Of a stretch of DNA of 64,000 nucleotides, positions 19,341 through 28,341 are shown piece by piece (within the stretch, counting starts at the first letter, position 1; every line of letters starts with the position of its first letter). Under the pieces are notes generated by a model that was given only the letters and a program-made list of their open reading frames with translations, was not told where the DNA came from and did not search any database. The stretch lies in IMG/VR virus record IMGVR_UViG_3300049793_000366, positions 248,001 through 312,000 of that record; one strand, 5' to 3'. The translations under genes and the position numbers were made by a program.

Positions 19341-21032
19341 TTATTGAACTTCTTCTATATTAGAGAAGATATCTTTATTAATTCTTATAATCCTATCAAA
19401 ATACTCCTGACTCAAAATAGAGTGATGTACTAAGAAGATATTGATGTTATAATCATTAGCAAACGCACGTAATAGCTCCAATATTGAATAAATACCCTCA
19501 ACATCAATTGAAGCGAAAACCTCATCTAAGAATAGAATATTAATGTGTCGCTTAGTTCTTATTAACTTTAAATAGGCAATCATAATTGCAATATTTACTT
19601 TCTTAGTTTCACCAGTTGATAGACTTTCATGTTCTACTTCACTTGACAATACTTTAATAGTAGCCGTGAATGTATCATCCAATATTACTTCAAATGGTAG
19701 ACCCATTTGCTTAATGTTCTCAGCAATGAAGTGGTTAATCGGTTTAATGATTGACGATATAATAGACTTCTTAACACCATCTTCTGAGAAGATTTTAGAA
19801 AGTTCTTTGTAGTATAATTCCTTATCCTTACAGTTATAAGAGTTATCCTGTGATATAGTCTTCTTCTCAGTTAATTCTACAATAGTGTTTTTAAATTCTG
19901 CTGTATTATCACTTGAATTGTCTTCATTGATTGACTCTTGTTGTTTCTGTAATTGCTCTAATTTAGTTTTAAGGTTGCGTAAGTAATAAGTCATATCATT
20001 ATAGACTTTATTGGTCTCATTAGATATACCAGTCAATTTATTCTGACGTTCTCTTATTGCTTTAATATTATTCTCAAGCTCAATTCTCATAGCATCCAAT
20101 GATGCTTTCTTCTCAACCAAACTATCTTTAAATTCGCTATGAATAGCATCAGTTAAATCGGATTGACAGGTAGGACACTTACCCAACTCATATAAGTCAA
20201 GTTGCTTCTGAACGTTCTTAATTTCATTCTGGATAGTGATGAATTCTTTCTTCTCTTTATCAATCTCATCGGTCAATTCTTTTTCCTTAACCTTTATTCT
20301 TTCAATCTTATCCTTTAAAGTTTGATACTCATCTTTCTTAGATGATATGTCTTCCTTAATTTGTTCTATCTCTACTTGCTTTGATTCTTTCTCTTTCTGA
20401 ATCGCTGTTTCGATTGAACGCTTGATAGAGTTTATTGAATCTTCGAGAGTTCTTATCTCAGAGTCTAATCTTACTATCTGTGCTTTATTCTCTTTATTGA
20501 TATCTTTTAATATTGAATTTAATATATTGATAACTTCTAAATTGAATAACTTATCCAATAACAATTGCTTTTCTTCTGTTGATAATGATATGAAGTTTTT
20601 GAAGTCGTTTATACTCATTGATATGAAAGACTTGAAAGTTTCTATATCTACCCCAACATACTTTTGTATCTTATCTTCAAGATTTGATTTACCAGCTTTG
20701 TCATTAGGTATACCATTTTCGATTAGGGTTAAAACATTCGGGTTTAGACCACGTTGTATTTCAACTTCTGTTCCGTTTGAAACAAATTCAATTTTAGTGA
20801 ATAATTCGTTGTTGATTCTGTTTGGTAGAGTTGCTTGTGTAACCCATTTTTTCCTTTTTCCTCTAACTTTACCGTAGAGTGAATAATCGATTGATTCTAT
20901 CAGAGAAGATTTCCCGTTACCGTTCTGCCCGACTAATAATATTAGTTCGCCTTTTTCTGTATTTAATACTAAGTGTTGTTCGTTGTTTCCAAATGATTTG
21001 AAGTTACGTAGACTGATGCCTTTTATAATCAT
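19341..21032 (-). CDS. gp46: gp46/SbcC/Rad50-like recombination ATPase
   Basis: GQNGNGKSS, CPTC hook, coiled coil, LSTGE, FLDEVF, VHH. Confidence 0.95.
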   Translation of the reverse strand: MIIKGISLRNFKSFGNNEQHLVLNTEKGELILLVGQNGNGKSSLIESIDYSLYGKVRGKRKKWVTQATLPNRINNELFTKIEFVSNGTEVEIQRGLNPNVLTLIENGIPNDKAGKSNLEDKIQKYVGVDIETFKSFISMSINDFKNFISLSTEEKQLLLDKLFNLEVINILNSILKDINKENKAQIVRLDSEIRTLEDSINSIKRSIETAIQKEKESKQVEIEQIKEDISSKKDEYQTLKDKIERIKVKEKELTDEIDKEKKEFITIQNEIKNVQKQLDLYELGKCPTCQSDLTDAIHSEFKDSLVEKKASLDAMRIELENNIKAIRERQNKLTGISNETNKVYNDMTYYLRNLKTKLEQLQKQQESINEDNSSDNTAEFKNTIVELTEKKTISQDNSYNCKDKELYYKELSKIFSEDGVKKSIISSIIKPINHFIAENIKQMGLPFEVILDDTFTATIKVLSSEVEHESLSTGETKKVNIAIMIAYLKLIRTKRHINILFLDEVFASIDVEGIYSILELLRAFANDYNINIFLVHHSILSQEYFDRIIRINKDIFSNIEEVQ

Positions 21033-21058
21033 GCATATTCGTTAATTTTTCTCTTGTA

Positions 21059-21093
21059 TTCTATGCTTTTATTGTTGAATTGTTTAATATATA
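21059..21093. promoter_or_regulatory. Back-to-back middle (minus, AAAC-N16-CATAGAA) and late (plus, AATATATA) promoters
   Basis: Motifs at 21059-21085 and 21086-21093. Confidence 0.6.
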
Positions 21094-21097
21094 GTAG

Positions 21098-21883
21098 ATG
21101 CGTTTGAAAAAATTCGATACTTTTAATGAGAGCTGGTATTCAGTAGCCGCTAGAATGGTTAACTCTACACCAAGTAAAGATAGAATTATGGATTTCAGTA
21201 AGCCAAGTAATAACGACTTTAGAGTACCAAGTGCTAAAATTATATATCCAGACAACGCAATTATTGAATTTGTCATACAGGAAAATATATACTCAGACAT
21301 CGAAACTTACAAATTATTAGAGCCAAAAATGGCAATGAATGGTGATAGAAGATGTTATAGTACGGCGCTTATGTATTATACATTATTTGGTAGTGGTCTT
21401 CAATTTGATAACTTTGAAGAATATACATTGGTTAGGGGATATTTAAATAAAGCTGACGTAAATGAACACACATTTGATGGTTATATCGTGGGTGATAATG
21501 GATTTTATGAAACTGGTATAAGATTATCTACGAAAGAAGCGGGAAATTACGTATATTCACCTCTTGATGATGGTCTTATACAAATATTAACTAGTAATAA
21601 AGATACTTTTCACTATTTACGAAAGAATGTATCTGTTGGTAAGAAGTTACTTTATAAGGTAAAGGATCACATTTTAGATGATAATGAAATAGATTTAAGA
21701 ACAGAAATTGGTGGCGTACCAGCGGTTTTAATATTATATAGCAATATAGCATTTAACTGGGATTATAAACAAGCAGAAGCTTGTAAAGCCATTCTAAACT
21801 ATGCTGGATTAGCATCATTTAGAGGTATAAACATTGCTTCGATAAAAGGATTTAGTGATTTAGGAGAACTATTCTATGTATAA
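21098..21883 (+). CDS. Late protein with capsid-targeting-like N-terminus
   Basis: MRLKKFDTFNES. Confidence 0.7.
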   Translation: MRLKKFDTFNESWYSVAARMVNSTPSKDRIMDFSKPSNNDFRVPSAKIIYPDNAIIEFVIQENIYSDIETYKLLEPKMAMNGDRRCYSTALMYYTLFGSGLQFDNFEEYTLVRGYLNKADVNEHTFDGYIVGDNGFYETGIRLSTKEAGNYVYSPLDDGLIQILTSNKDTFHYLRKNVSVGKKLLYKVKDHILDDNEIDLRTEIGGVPAVLILYSNIAFNWDYKQAEACKAILNYAGLASFRGINIASIKGFSDLGELFYV

Positions 21884-22619
21884 TAAAATATATGAATTCT
21901 GCGCGGTTAGAAACCTTGGTGGTGTTTTTAAAAACAGTGCTGATGAACCAACACCAAGAGTTAAATTTATAATGAATCTTCTGAATTCAGAGGGTATCGA
22001 ATTCACACTTGATAAGTTTGTCTCTAATGAAACTACGTGTTATAATATCATAATGAAAGGTACATCAAATAGAATGGTTGTAGCTCATCATGATGTTGCT
22101 AACCCTGCTGTTGATAACGCTAATGATAATAGCTGTTCTGTTATAAATGCTATAATGGTTAAGAAGTTATTACCGGCTATGAATGTAGTTCTAACGGATG
22201 GTGAAGAATACGGTGGTATAGGCGCAAATTATTTGTCTGCTCAGATAAACAACGGTGATTTCGGAGCTATTGAATGGGTTCTTAACTTGGAATTAACTGG
22301 TATTGGTGGTAAGAATTTCTTCATAGGAAATTACACTGGTAAATTATACGACCACATCAAATCACTATTTGAATGTCCAGTTTTAAATACACCATTTAAT
22401 GATTCTGTTATTTTCAGAAAAAACAATATAGATTCGGTTGTTATAAATCCGTTACCAATATTATTAGACGGAGAATCACCACTTAAATACAATGGTGTTT
22501 TCTTAGACCATAAAATACTATACAGATGTCACACACCACAGGACACTGTTGATAAAATAAGTACGGGCGAAATGAAAGAGTTCGTAGAAGAAGTGGTTAT
22601 AAAAATACTAACATCGTAA
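21876..22619 (+). CDS. M28 family metallopeptidase
   Basis: VAHHD, ANDN.S, DGEE.G, NLE, C-terminal H(TPQD). Confidence 0.85.
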   Translation: MYNKIYEFCAVRNLGGVFKNSADEPTPRVKFIMNLLNSEGIEFTLDKFVSNETTCYNIIMKGTSNRMVVAHHDVANPAVDNANDNSCSVINAIMVKKLLPAMNVVLTDGEEYGGIGANYLSAQINNGDFGAIEWVLNLELTGIGGKNFFIGNYTGKLYDHIKSLFECPVLNTPFNDSVIFRKNNIDSVVINPLPILLDGESPLKYNGVFLDHKILYRCHTPQDTVDKISTGEMKEFVEEVVIKILTS

Positions 22620-22766
22620 ATGAAGTATATTAGGTTATATGAAGAATTTGTACTTAGTGGAGTAGAAACAGAAGAAGATGAATTACAGGATGTAAAAATC
22701 CTGAATAACGAAGTTACCCAGGATTCAAATGGTGTAATAAACATTAAAGGTTGGTCTAAGTATTAG
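22620..22766 (+). CDS. 48-aa acidic protein with capsid-targeting-like N-terminus (missing from the ORF track)
   Basis: MKYIRLYEEFVLSGVETEEDELQD...GWSKY*; ATG abuts the upstream stop. Confidence 0.6.
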   Translation: MKYIRLYEEFVLSGVETEEDELQDVKILNNEVTQDSNGVINIKGWSKY

Positions 22767-23112
22767 ACTGAGTACCAACTGTAATCTCAGATTCATCAAT
22801 ATGTTCACCGAAAATTAAATCTTGTGGTACATATTTACTCAAATCTAAATCATCGATAGAATTAATCATCTGTGCGTGTGGTACTGTTAGTTTCTTAAGC
22901 TGAACCAGTAATCCCTCGTAGTGAGAATGTTCTTCAATATCTGATACATTTAGTTTATCTTTTAATGCATCTGTTATAGTAACAACACACTTTTCGTTGT
23001 TATACCAGTAAGTGATATCATAAGCAGTGCTATCTATCACTAAAGTCACTAATGTTAATATACCATCACCGACTCTACCCATGTAGTCTTTTATAGAAAT
23101 GTTCCAATTCAT
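22756..23112 (-). CDS. Hypothetical protein
   Basis: ORF in operon. Confidence 0.7.
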   Translation of the reverse strand: MNWNISIKDYMGRVGDGILTLVTLVIDSTAYDITYWYNNEKCVVTITDALKDKLNVSDIEEHSHYEGLLVQLKKLTVPHAQMINSIDDLDLSKYVPQDLIFGEHIDESEITVGTQSNT

Positions 23113-23116
23113 AATT

Positions 23117-23314
23117 TTATTCTTCTTTTAATAATTCGTCTATTTTAGTTTCTCTGTTTGACATTTTAATTCTGCTTATCAATTCATCAGATGTACTATT
23201 TAGATATTCTGTATATGAGATGCTTTTATCCAACTCTTTTGCTATATACTCAGAATAGTCAATTTGTGCATTTAATGCTTCCATAACATATTCTTGGTAG
23301 CTAATTGTGTTCAT
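23117..23314 (-). CDS. Small protein with 14-aa YxEY repeats and C-terminal R-tag (NRETKIDELL)
   Basis: ISYQEYV / IDYSEYI / ISYTEYL. Confidence 0.7.
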   Translation of the reverse strand: MNTISYQEYVMEALNAQIDYSEYIAKELDKSISYTEYLNSTSDELISRIKMSNRETKIDELLKEE

Positions 23315-23516
23315 CTATGACAATTTTTATTTTTTCATCTCGTTTTCTACTACCGAAAGTAGATACTATTTCATTTAACTCAGATAAATCATCTGGTATT
23401 GAACCAGCGTTATACCAATTGCCATCCAAAAACACACATATTATACTTTCATCTGCGTTAAAAAAACAATCTCCATGTTGTGGGTTCTTAATAGGACCTG
23501 ATAACCAATTTAGCAC
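23301..23516 (-). CDS. Small protein with fibre-like P..GD.FFN...W motif and C-terminal R-tag (KRDEKIKIVI)
   Basis: ORF after a middle promoter. Confidence 0.65.
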   Translation of the reverse strand: MLNWLSGPIKNPQHGDCFFNADESIICVFLDGNWYNAGSIPDDLSELNEIVSTFGSRKRDEKIKIVIDEHN

Positions 23517-23521
23517 TTTGG

Positions 23522-23548
23522 TTATAGTAAATTCATCTATGTTTGTTT
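23522..23548 (-). promoter_or_regulatory. Putative middle promoter AAAC-N16-ACTATAA
   Basis: Recurring motif. Confidence 0.55.
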
Positions 23549-23552
23549 AAAT

Positions 23553-23581
23553 AAAAAAAGCGACCATTTAAGTCGCTTTTT
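23553..23581. terminator. Intrinsic terminator
   Basis: AAAAAGCGAC-loop-GTCGCTTTTT. Confidence 0.85.
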
Positions 23582-23582
23582 A

Positions 23583-23948
23583 TTATTGTCCTCCGCCATC
23601 TGGTGGCAATGGTGGTTGTGGTTCCTCAATCGGTGGAGTTGGTGGTGTAGGTGGTGTATTAGTTAATACATCCTTCTCACCAGACTTCTTCAAACCTAAT
23701 AATACAAGGTGATGTGATAGAATCATACCGAAGATAACAATGTGTGGAGTTGGTACTTCATACGTTTCTCCACCACCTTTATTCCAAGTAACAATAGCGT
23801 TTCCTATTTCAATACCAGCGAATACTATTCCAGCGAATAGAATACTAGCTAATATATAATATGAAGAAACTCTGATGTGTGAAACCTTCCCAGCAGCGTT
23901 AAGCACAGATTTAGCAATGATGCTAAAATTTTTCTTTAAAAAATCCAT
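23583..23948 (-). CDS. Two-TM membrane protein with Pro-rich tail (holin-like candidate)
   Basis: Two hydrophobic segments; late motif at 23970-23977; own terminator. Confidence 0.55.
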   Translation of the reverse strand: MDFLKKNFSIIAKSVLNAAGKVSHIRVSSYYILASILFAGIVFAGIEIGNAIVTWNKGGGETYEVPTPHIVIFGMILSHHLVLLGLKKSGEKDVLTNTPPTPPTPPIEEPQPPLPPDGGGQ

Positions 23949-23985
23949 AGTTTTCCAGTTATTTTATAGTATATATTATTCTATA

Positions 23986-24015
23986 AAACAAAGAAGCCCT
24001 CAACTGAGGGCTTCT
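23986..24015 (-). terminator. Intrinsic terminator
   Basis: AGAAGCCCTCA-AC-TGAGGGCTTCT followed by a T-rich tract on minus. Confidence 0.8.
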
Positions 24016-24016
24016 A

Positions 24017-24541
24017 CTATTTCTTTTTCTTAGTCTTACCTAAGTTTTTAACCTTTTTGTCGTCTATCTTTTCGTCTTTATCTTTAGACTTTTTAGTATC
24101 GATGACTTTCTTCTCAGATAATACAGCACTTCCTACTAAGTCCATTACTCTATTTACTGCGTCTTCGATATCACCAGCAACTACTGGGATTTTCTTAGTA
24201 CCAGTATTCGCGCCTTTGACTAAGAATCCGTCAAATTCTGCTACATACTCAATTCTGGTACCATCTTGTTCAATTGTATTACCCATTGGTTCAACACCCA
24301 ATGCTTCTGCTAACTGTTTCATAGCTCTGTCACCAATATAACCAGTTTCTCCTTCATATTCATCTACAACATCAGTAGAAGCTTCTGGTGCTATTTCTGG
24401 TGAATTACCTTCGTGTGGTACTTCTTGTGTATCATCTGGCGTAGAAGCCTCTAAATTAGCATCCTCGTCATTTATAATTGAATCTTGGAATTCCTCGTTT
24501 TTCTTGATAAATTCGCCATATCCTTTAATAATTCTGTTCAT
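24017..24541 (-). CDS. Acidic late protein with capsid-targeting-like N-terminus and Lys-rich tail
   Basis: MNRIIKGYGEFIKKNEE. Confidence 0.7.
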   Translation of the reverse strand: MNRIIKGYGEFIKKNEEFQDSIINDEDANLEASTPDDTQEVPHEGNSPEIAPEASTDVVDEYEGETGYIGDRAMKQLAEALGVEPMGNTIEQDGTRIEYVAEFDGFLVKGANTGTKKIPVVAGDIEDAVNRVMDLVGSAVLSEKKVIDTKKSKDKDEKIDDKKVKNLGKTKKKK

Positions 24542-24565
24542 AGTAAAAATATTTTTTAGTAAGTC

Positions 24566-24587
24566 TATATATTATAAATTATATATA
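24566..24587. promoter_or_regulatory. Divergent late promoters
   Basis: AATATATA on minus at 24566-24573; TTATATATA on plus at 24579-24587. Confidence 0.55.
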
Positions 24588-24591
24588 CATT

Positions 24592-25053
24592 ATGAAACAC
24601 TTGAAGTCATTTAAGATATTTAATGAGTCTTATTCAACAAGGGCTAACTTTAATCCACTTGAACCTGTTCATATGCCACACTCTGATAATGTTTATGGTT
24701 ATAGAATGCCTGGTGAGGGTGGTGATGATAGCGTTGTTGGTGATGAGTTTAGCAAACTAATGGTTTCTAAGTTAGTTTCTGAGGATGACATTCGTTGGTC
24801 TACTTATAATGCTGTTAAAATAGCACTTGATTATTGGGATGCGATAAGTGATGAAGAATGGATAGAAGTTGACGAAGAATTTAAGCAACGTGTAATAGAA
24901 AATCCTGAGAACCCAGCACCAGCTATAATTAAATTTCTGAAAAGATATGATAACTTAGATGAAGAGTTACTAAGACTCAAAGCTAAGATTGAAGGATTTA
25001 TCGAGAAGGATAAAGGATTCTTCGGTAGATTGAAAGACCGTTTTAAAAAGTAA
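24592..25053 (+). CDS. Late protein with capsid-targeting-like N-terminus
   Basis: MKHLKSFKIFNES. Confidence 0.7.
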   Translation: MKHLKSFKIFNESYSTRANFNPLEPVHMPHSDNVYGYRMPGEGGDDSVVGDEFSKLMVSKLVSEDDIRWSTYNAVKIALDYWDAISDEEWIEVDEEFKQRVIENPENPAPAIIKFLKRYDNLDEELLRLKAKIEGFIEKDKGFFGRLKDRFKK

Positions 25054-26290
25054 AATACTCATCTTGCTTTGCATACTTTCTCTGTTCGTGTATTATCTTA
25101 CGAGCTTTCAAAGACATGAGTAAAACATCATCATCTGATATATCAGCATTTGATATCTTACACACTCTCAATATACCGTTTGTTGTTTCAGTATCAGTGA
25201 GTTCTTCTAATTTTTTAATAACCAATATTTGCTCATTGAAGTTTAATCCTTCTAACGTTATTTCAATCTGTTGTATGTTTGTATAATATTTGTTTAACAG
25301 TTCAATATCTGAGTCAGATGTAGTTGATGTTAAATATTCCTTATCTCTTGACCACATATGACCGAACTTATCCCACATACGTTCTCTTACAGGGCTATCG
25401 AATACATTTCTAATATAGAAATCCAAATCATTCAGAGAATGTAGATGTCTAACACCAGTATAACCAGATGTAAGTAAAATCTCTGATAATAGATCCTGAT
25501 TCCTGGTTCTATCAACCGTGTTGAATGTCCATAGCTTACCATTTGTCTCACCCTTCCAACCAGCGTCTTTCCATTCATCCGTATCAACAGATTGTAGTAT
25601 GATATTATATTCGGCTAATTCTTCAATCCACTCGAACTTAATCATATTCATATATTTCTCACCAAAGTAATGTCTGATGTAATTTTCAAAGCCTTGTTTA
25701 CGAGCTATTGTTAAATATTTAAATTCGATTTTCTTATTTAACTTAGCACCTAACTCATCTCTCTTCTTAAGAATTCTAACAAGTGTATGAGATGGTGTAT
25801 TGGCACAAACTACTTTCAATTCACTCGTTTTTATGAATTCATCGAAATGTTTTGAGTAAAACAATTCACCAGTTTCTAAATCATAACCAACTTGTGTACA
25901 GTTTATATCAAATGATTCGATTATCAGATTAGGGTCACATATGTTTGATGTATATGTAACCGTATTCAAAAGACCATCTCTGGAATGTTCTTCTATGCGA
26001 TAGAATTTATTATGACTTGACTCGTATTTAATACCAGAATATGTATCAATCTTCCTGGCCTTTTCTTTTTCAATCCAAGTATATTTTTTGTATCTATCCT
26101 TATCTAAAGATGAAGACTCAATGAATCCACCATAAACAAAAATATCAATGTCGTTGACCGGTATTGATTTTCCTGTAACCTTTTCCCAGATTTTATTTGC
26201 GATGGCACCACCGGCTAATAATCCTTGCTTTGGTAATTGTTGTAATTGGTTTAGTTCGTTGATTATCTCTGGAACATATTTAGTCCACAT
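25043..26290 (-). CDS. Nucleotidyltransferase (CCA-adding / poly(A) polymerase head-like)
   Basis: LLAGGAI...NDIDIF...SFDINCTQ. Confidence 0.7.
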   Translation of the reverse strand: MWTKYVPEIINELNQLQQLPKQGLLAGGAIANKIWEKVTGKSIPVNDIDIFVYGGFIESSSLDKDRYKKYTWIEKEKARKIDTYSGIKYESSHNKFYRIEEHSRDGLLNTVTYTSNICDPNLIIESFDINCTQVGYDLETGELFYSKHFDEFIKTSELKVVCANTPSHTLVRILKKRDELGAKLNKKIEFKYLTIARKQGFENYIRHYFGEKYMNMIKFEWIEELAEYNIILQSVDTDEWKDAGWKGETNGKLWTFNTVDRTRNQDLLSEILLTSGYTGVRHLHSLNDLDFYIRNVFDSPVRERMWDKFGHMWSRDKEYLTSTTSDSDIELLNKYYTNIQQIEITLEGLNFNEQILVIKKLEELTDTETTNGILRVCKISNADISDDDVLLMSLKARKIIHEQRKYAKQDEYFTF

Positions 26291-26292
26291 AA

Positions 26293-26841
26293 TTAAATTT
26301 TATTAAGGTTGATAGTTCGTGTTATATGTTTGCATATCTCATCTGCTGCTAAATGGATATCGTCTTTTTCAATATTATATTCTATGTAAGGAATTTTATT
26401 ATCAGTCAATAGTTTTTTGTATTCACTATCTACTTGTAATGCACCTTCTAATGTTTGTGTTCTACCGTTTGGATTGTATTCAGTAGAACGACATAAATGA
26501 TAGTTTACTGTGTTTAATTTAAAAAACTCATATAGAACTAAGTCTTTTAAATATGTGTTATTTGTTTCATCATATATGATTGAATTAATCAAAGGTGAAT
26601 CAGTAATAACAACATCTACTTTACCATTTAATCTATATAATCGACTGTGTTGTTTTCCGAAAATATAAATTTGATTTTTAAGCTTATGAAAACTCTCTTC
26701 CCAAACAACATCCTTTGCATATTCTAATGCCATTTCGCAATCGATATTTCTCTTCTTTAATATTGCGAATATTTCAGCACAGAAGGTACTTTTGCCAGTA
26801 CCAGGTCCTCCAAATAAATTTACAAATAATGTTTGTTTCAT
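26293..26841 (-). CDS. NadR/Ttd14-type AAA kinase-like protein
   Basis: NLFGGPGTGKST, EYAK, ITDSPL, GRTQ. Confidence 0.8.
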   Translation of the reverse strand: MKQTLFVNLFGGPGTGKSTFCAEIFAILKKRNIDCEMALEYAKDVVWEESFHKLKNQIYIFGKQHSRLYRLNGKVDVVITDSPLINSIIYDETNNTYLKDLVLYEFFKLNTVNYHLCRSTEYNPNGRTQTLEGALQVDSEYKKLLTDNKIPYIEYNIEKDDIHLAADEICKHITRTINLNKI

Positions 26842-26855
26842 GTTTCTCTCTTGTA

Positions 26856-28301
26856 TTATAGTCCACCGAATATATCCATAATCACGGTCAATCTTGATGT
26901 TATCTCAGGCATACCTAATGGATCAATAATTGAATTGATAGGTGATAAGATACATTTAAAAAATTGTGTGTCGTAATCAATTTCTGGAGCATACTCTACT
27001 GGATGCGATCCTCTTATGTATGCGAATACGTTATTGTCACCCTTACAATAGTAATATTTAATCTTAGTACCAGATTTGATAAATGTGTATTTATCTTGAT
27101 ACTTTTGATTCTTATATAGTAAGTGATTATATAACGCCGCTGCTTTTACTGCAAAGTGCGCTCCACTCACGAATTCTAGTTTCTCTTTATCATCAAGAAC
27201 TTTCTCGTTGTAGTTAGAACATGATGACTGCATTGCTATCTCATCGATATCTGCTAATTCAAATTCTTTACGTAAGCCTTTTACTAACTTTAATAATTCT
27301 TTGATGTTGAATGATTCTGGATTTGTAAATAAATATTTTACAATATCTACAATCTTCTCCCTTGCGAAAGCTGGTGTTGATGAACGTACAAGCTCTACAC
27401 CTTTTGGATATAAGTACTTGAAACGTTCGTGTGGAATACCATCCTCCCAAGATACGTGTTGTATGTATTTCTTCTTAGCGATGTTTATAATAGACTCTGA
27501 TACACGCTCTAACTCGAAATCTTCCTTATTGTCTACACCGAATGAACCAGCGTATTCTTCTAATGAATCTCTAAAGAATTGTGCTATTCTGAATTTATCA
27601 ACAGCGTGTACAAAATCTAACTCTCTGAAAAAGTTAGGGATAATCTTAGTAGTAACATCTTTTAAATCCTTACTACCAACAAAGTAGCCATCAATAACTA
27701 ATGTTTCTATATTATTATCAGCTATAACATTTTTAATGTTTTTTAAGCCACCTATACCAAAGTTATCATACTCTGCTATGTAACCAATGAAACTTGGATT
27801 ATCAATTTCAATATCAATTTCATTTCTAAGTAATATTGCAAATGGTTTATCGATAGTTGATAAGAACTCATCATTGATTACTTGATTTTTCCAATCACAT
27901 CTTTTTATAGCTGGACCAAATCCAACAAACACTGAGTCGGTATCAGCGTAGATACTAACTTCTAAATCGCCTGGTTTTTCTGGGTCTATTGGTGTTAATG
28001 GTTTTACATTTTTAATATAAAGCATATTATGTAAATCAGTATCAAGATGCCATTGATTCCACCAATAATCTTGAGTTTTCTTAGACATGGTTTTAGTTAA
28101 ATCACGTCCTTGTGCTGTTATCGTACCAGCTACTTGGTTATTGAATAATATGAAGTGTTGATTAGCGAAGGCTCCATATGAACCATTTAGTACGAGTTTA
28201 AGAGCTAATTGCAAGGCATTATAATAATCCACTTCTTTTTTAAGTGTATTAGCCTTGTTTTTAAGTTCTTCTATTTTATTTATCTTTTCCGTCCTTGTCA
28301 T
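26856..28301 (-). CDS. Family B DNA polymerase, C-terminal subunit (split gp43B-like)
   Basis: KLVLNGSYG (motif B), YADTDS (motif C), AKKKY, KGVE..RSSTP; no exonuclease or motif A. Confidence 0.9.
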   Translation of the reverse strand: MTRTEKINKIEELKNKANTLKKEVDYYNALQLALKLVLNGSYGAFANQHFILFNNQVAGTITAQGRDLTKTMSKKTQDYWWNQWHLDTDLHNMLYIKNVKPLTPIDPEKPGDLEVSIYADTDSVFVGFGPAIKRCDWKNQVINDEFLSTIDKPFAILLRNEIDIEIDNPSFIGYIAEYDNFGIGGLKNIKNVIADNNIETLVIDGYFVGSKDLKDVTTKIIPNFFRELDFVHAVDKFRIAQFFRDSLEEYAGSFGVDNKEDFELERVSESIINIAKKKYIQHVSWEDGIPHERFKYLYPKGVELVRSSTPAFAREKIVDIVKYLFTNPESFNIKELLKLVKGLRKEFELADIDEIAMQSSCSNYNEKVLDDKEKLEFVSGAHFAVKAAALYNHLLYKNQKYQDKYTFIKSGTKIKYYYCKGDNNVFAYIRGSHPVEYAPEIDYDTQFFKCILSPINSIIDPLGMPEITSRLTVIMDIFGGL

Positions 28302-28309
28302 ACAATTAA

Positions 28310-28335
28310 TTATACTCAGAAGAGTGTGATTGTTT
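28310..28335 (-). promoter_or_regulatory. Putative middle promoter AAAC-N15-AGTATAA
   Basis: Recurring motif directly upstream of the polymerase subunit. Confidence 0.6.
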
Positions 28336-28341
28336 AATTTT

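Noticed and set aside
27620-27900. Intein or intron in the polymerase
   Set aside because: The insertion lacks intein C/S...HN termini and LAGLIDADG motifs, and the frame is continuous.
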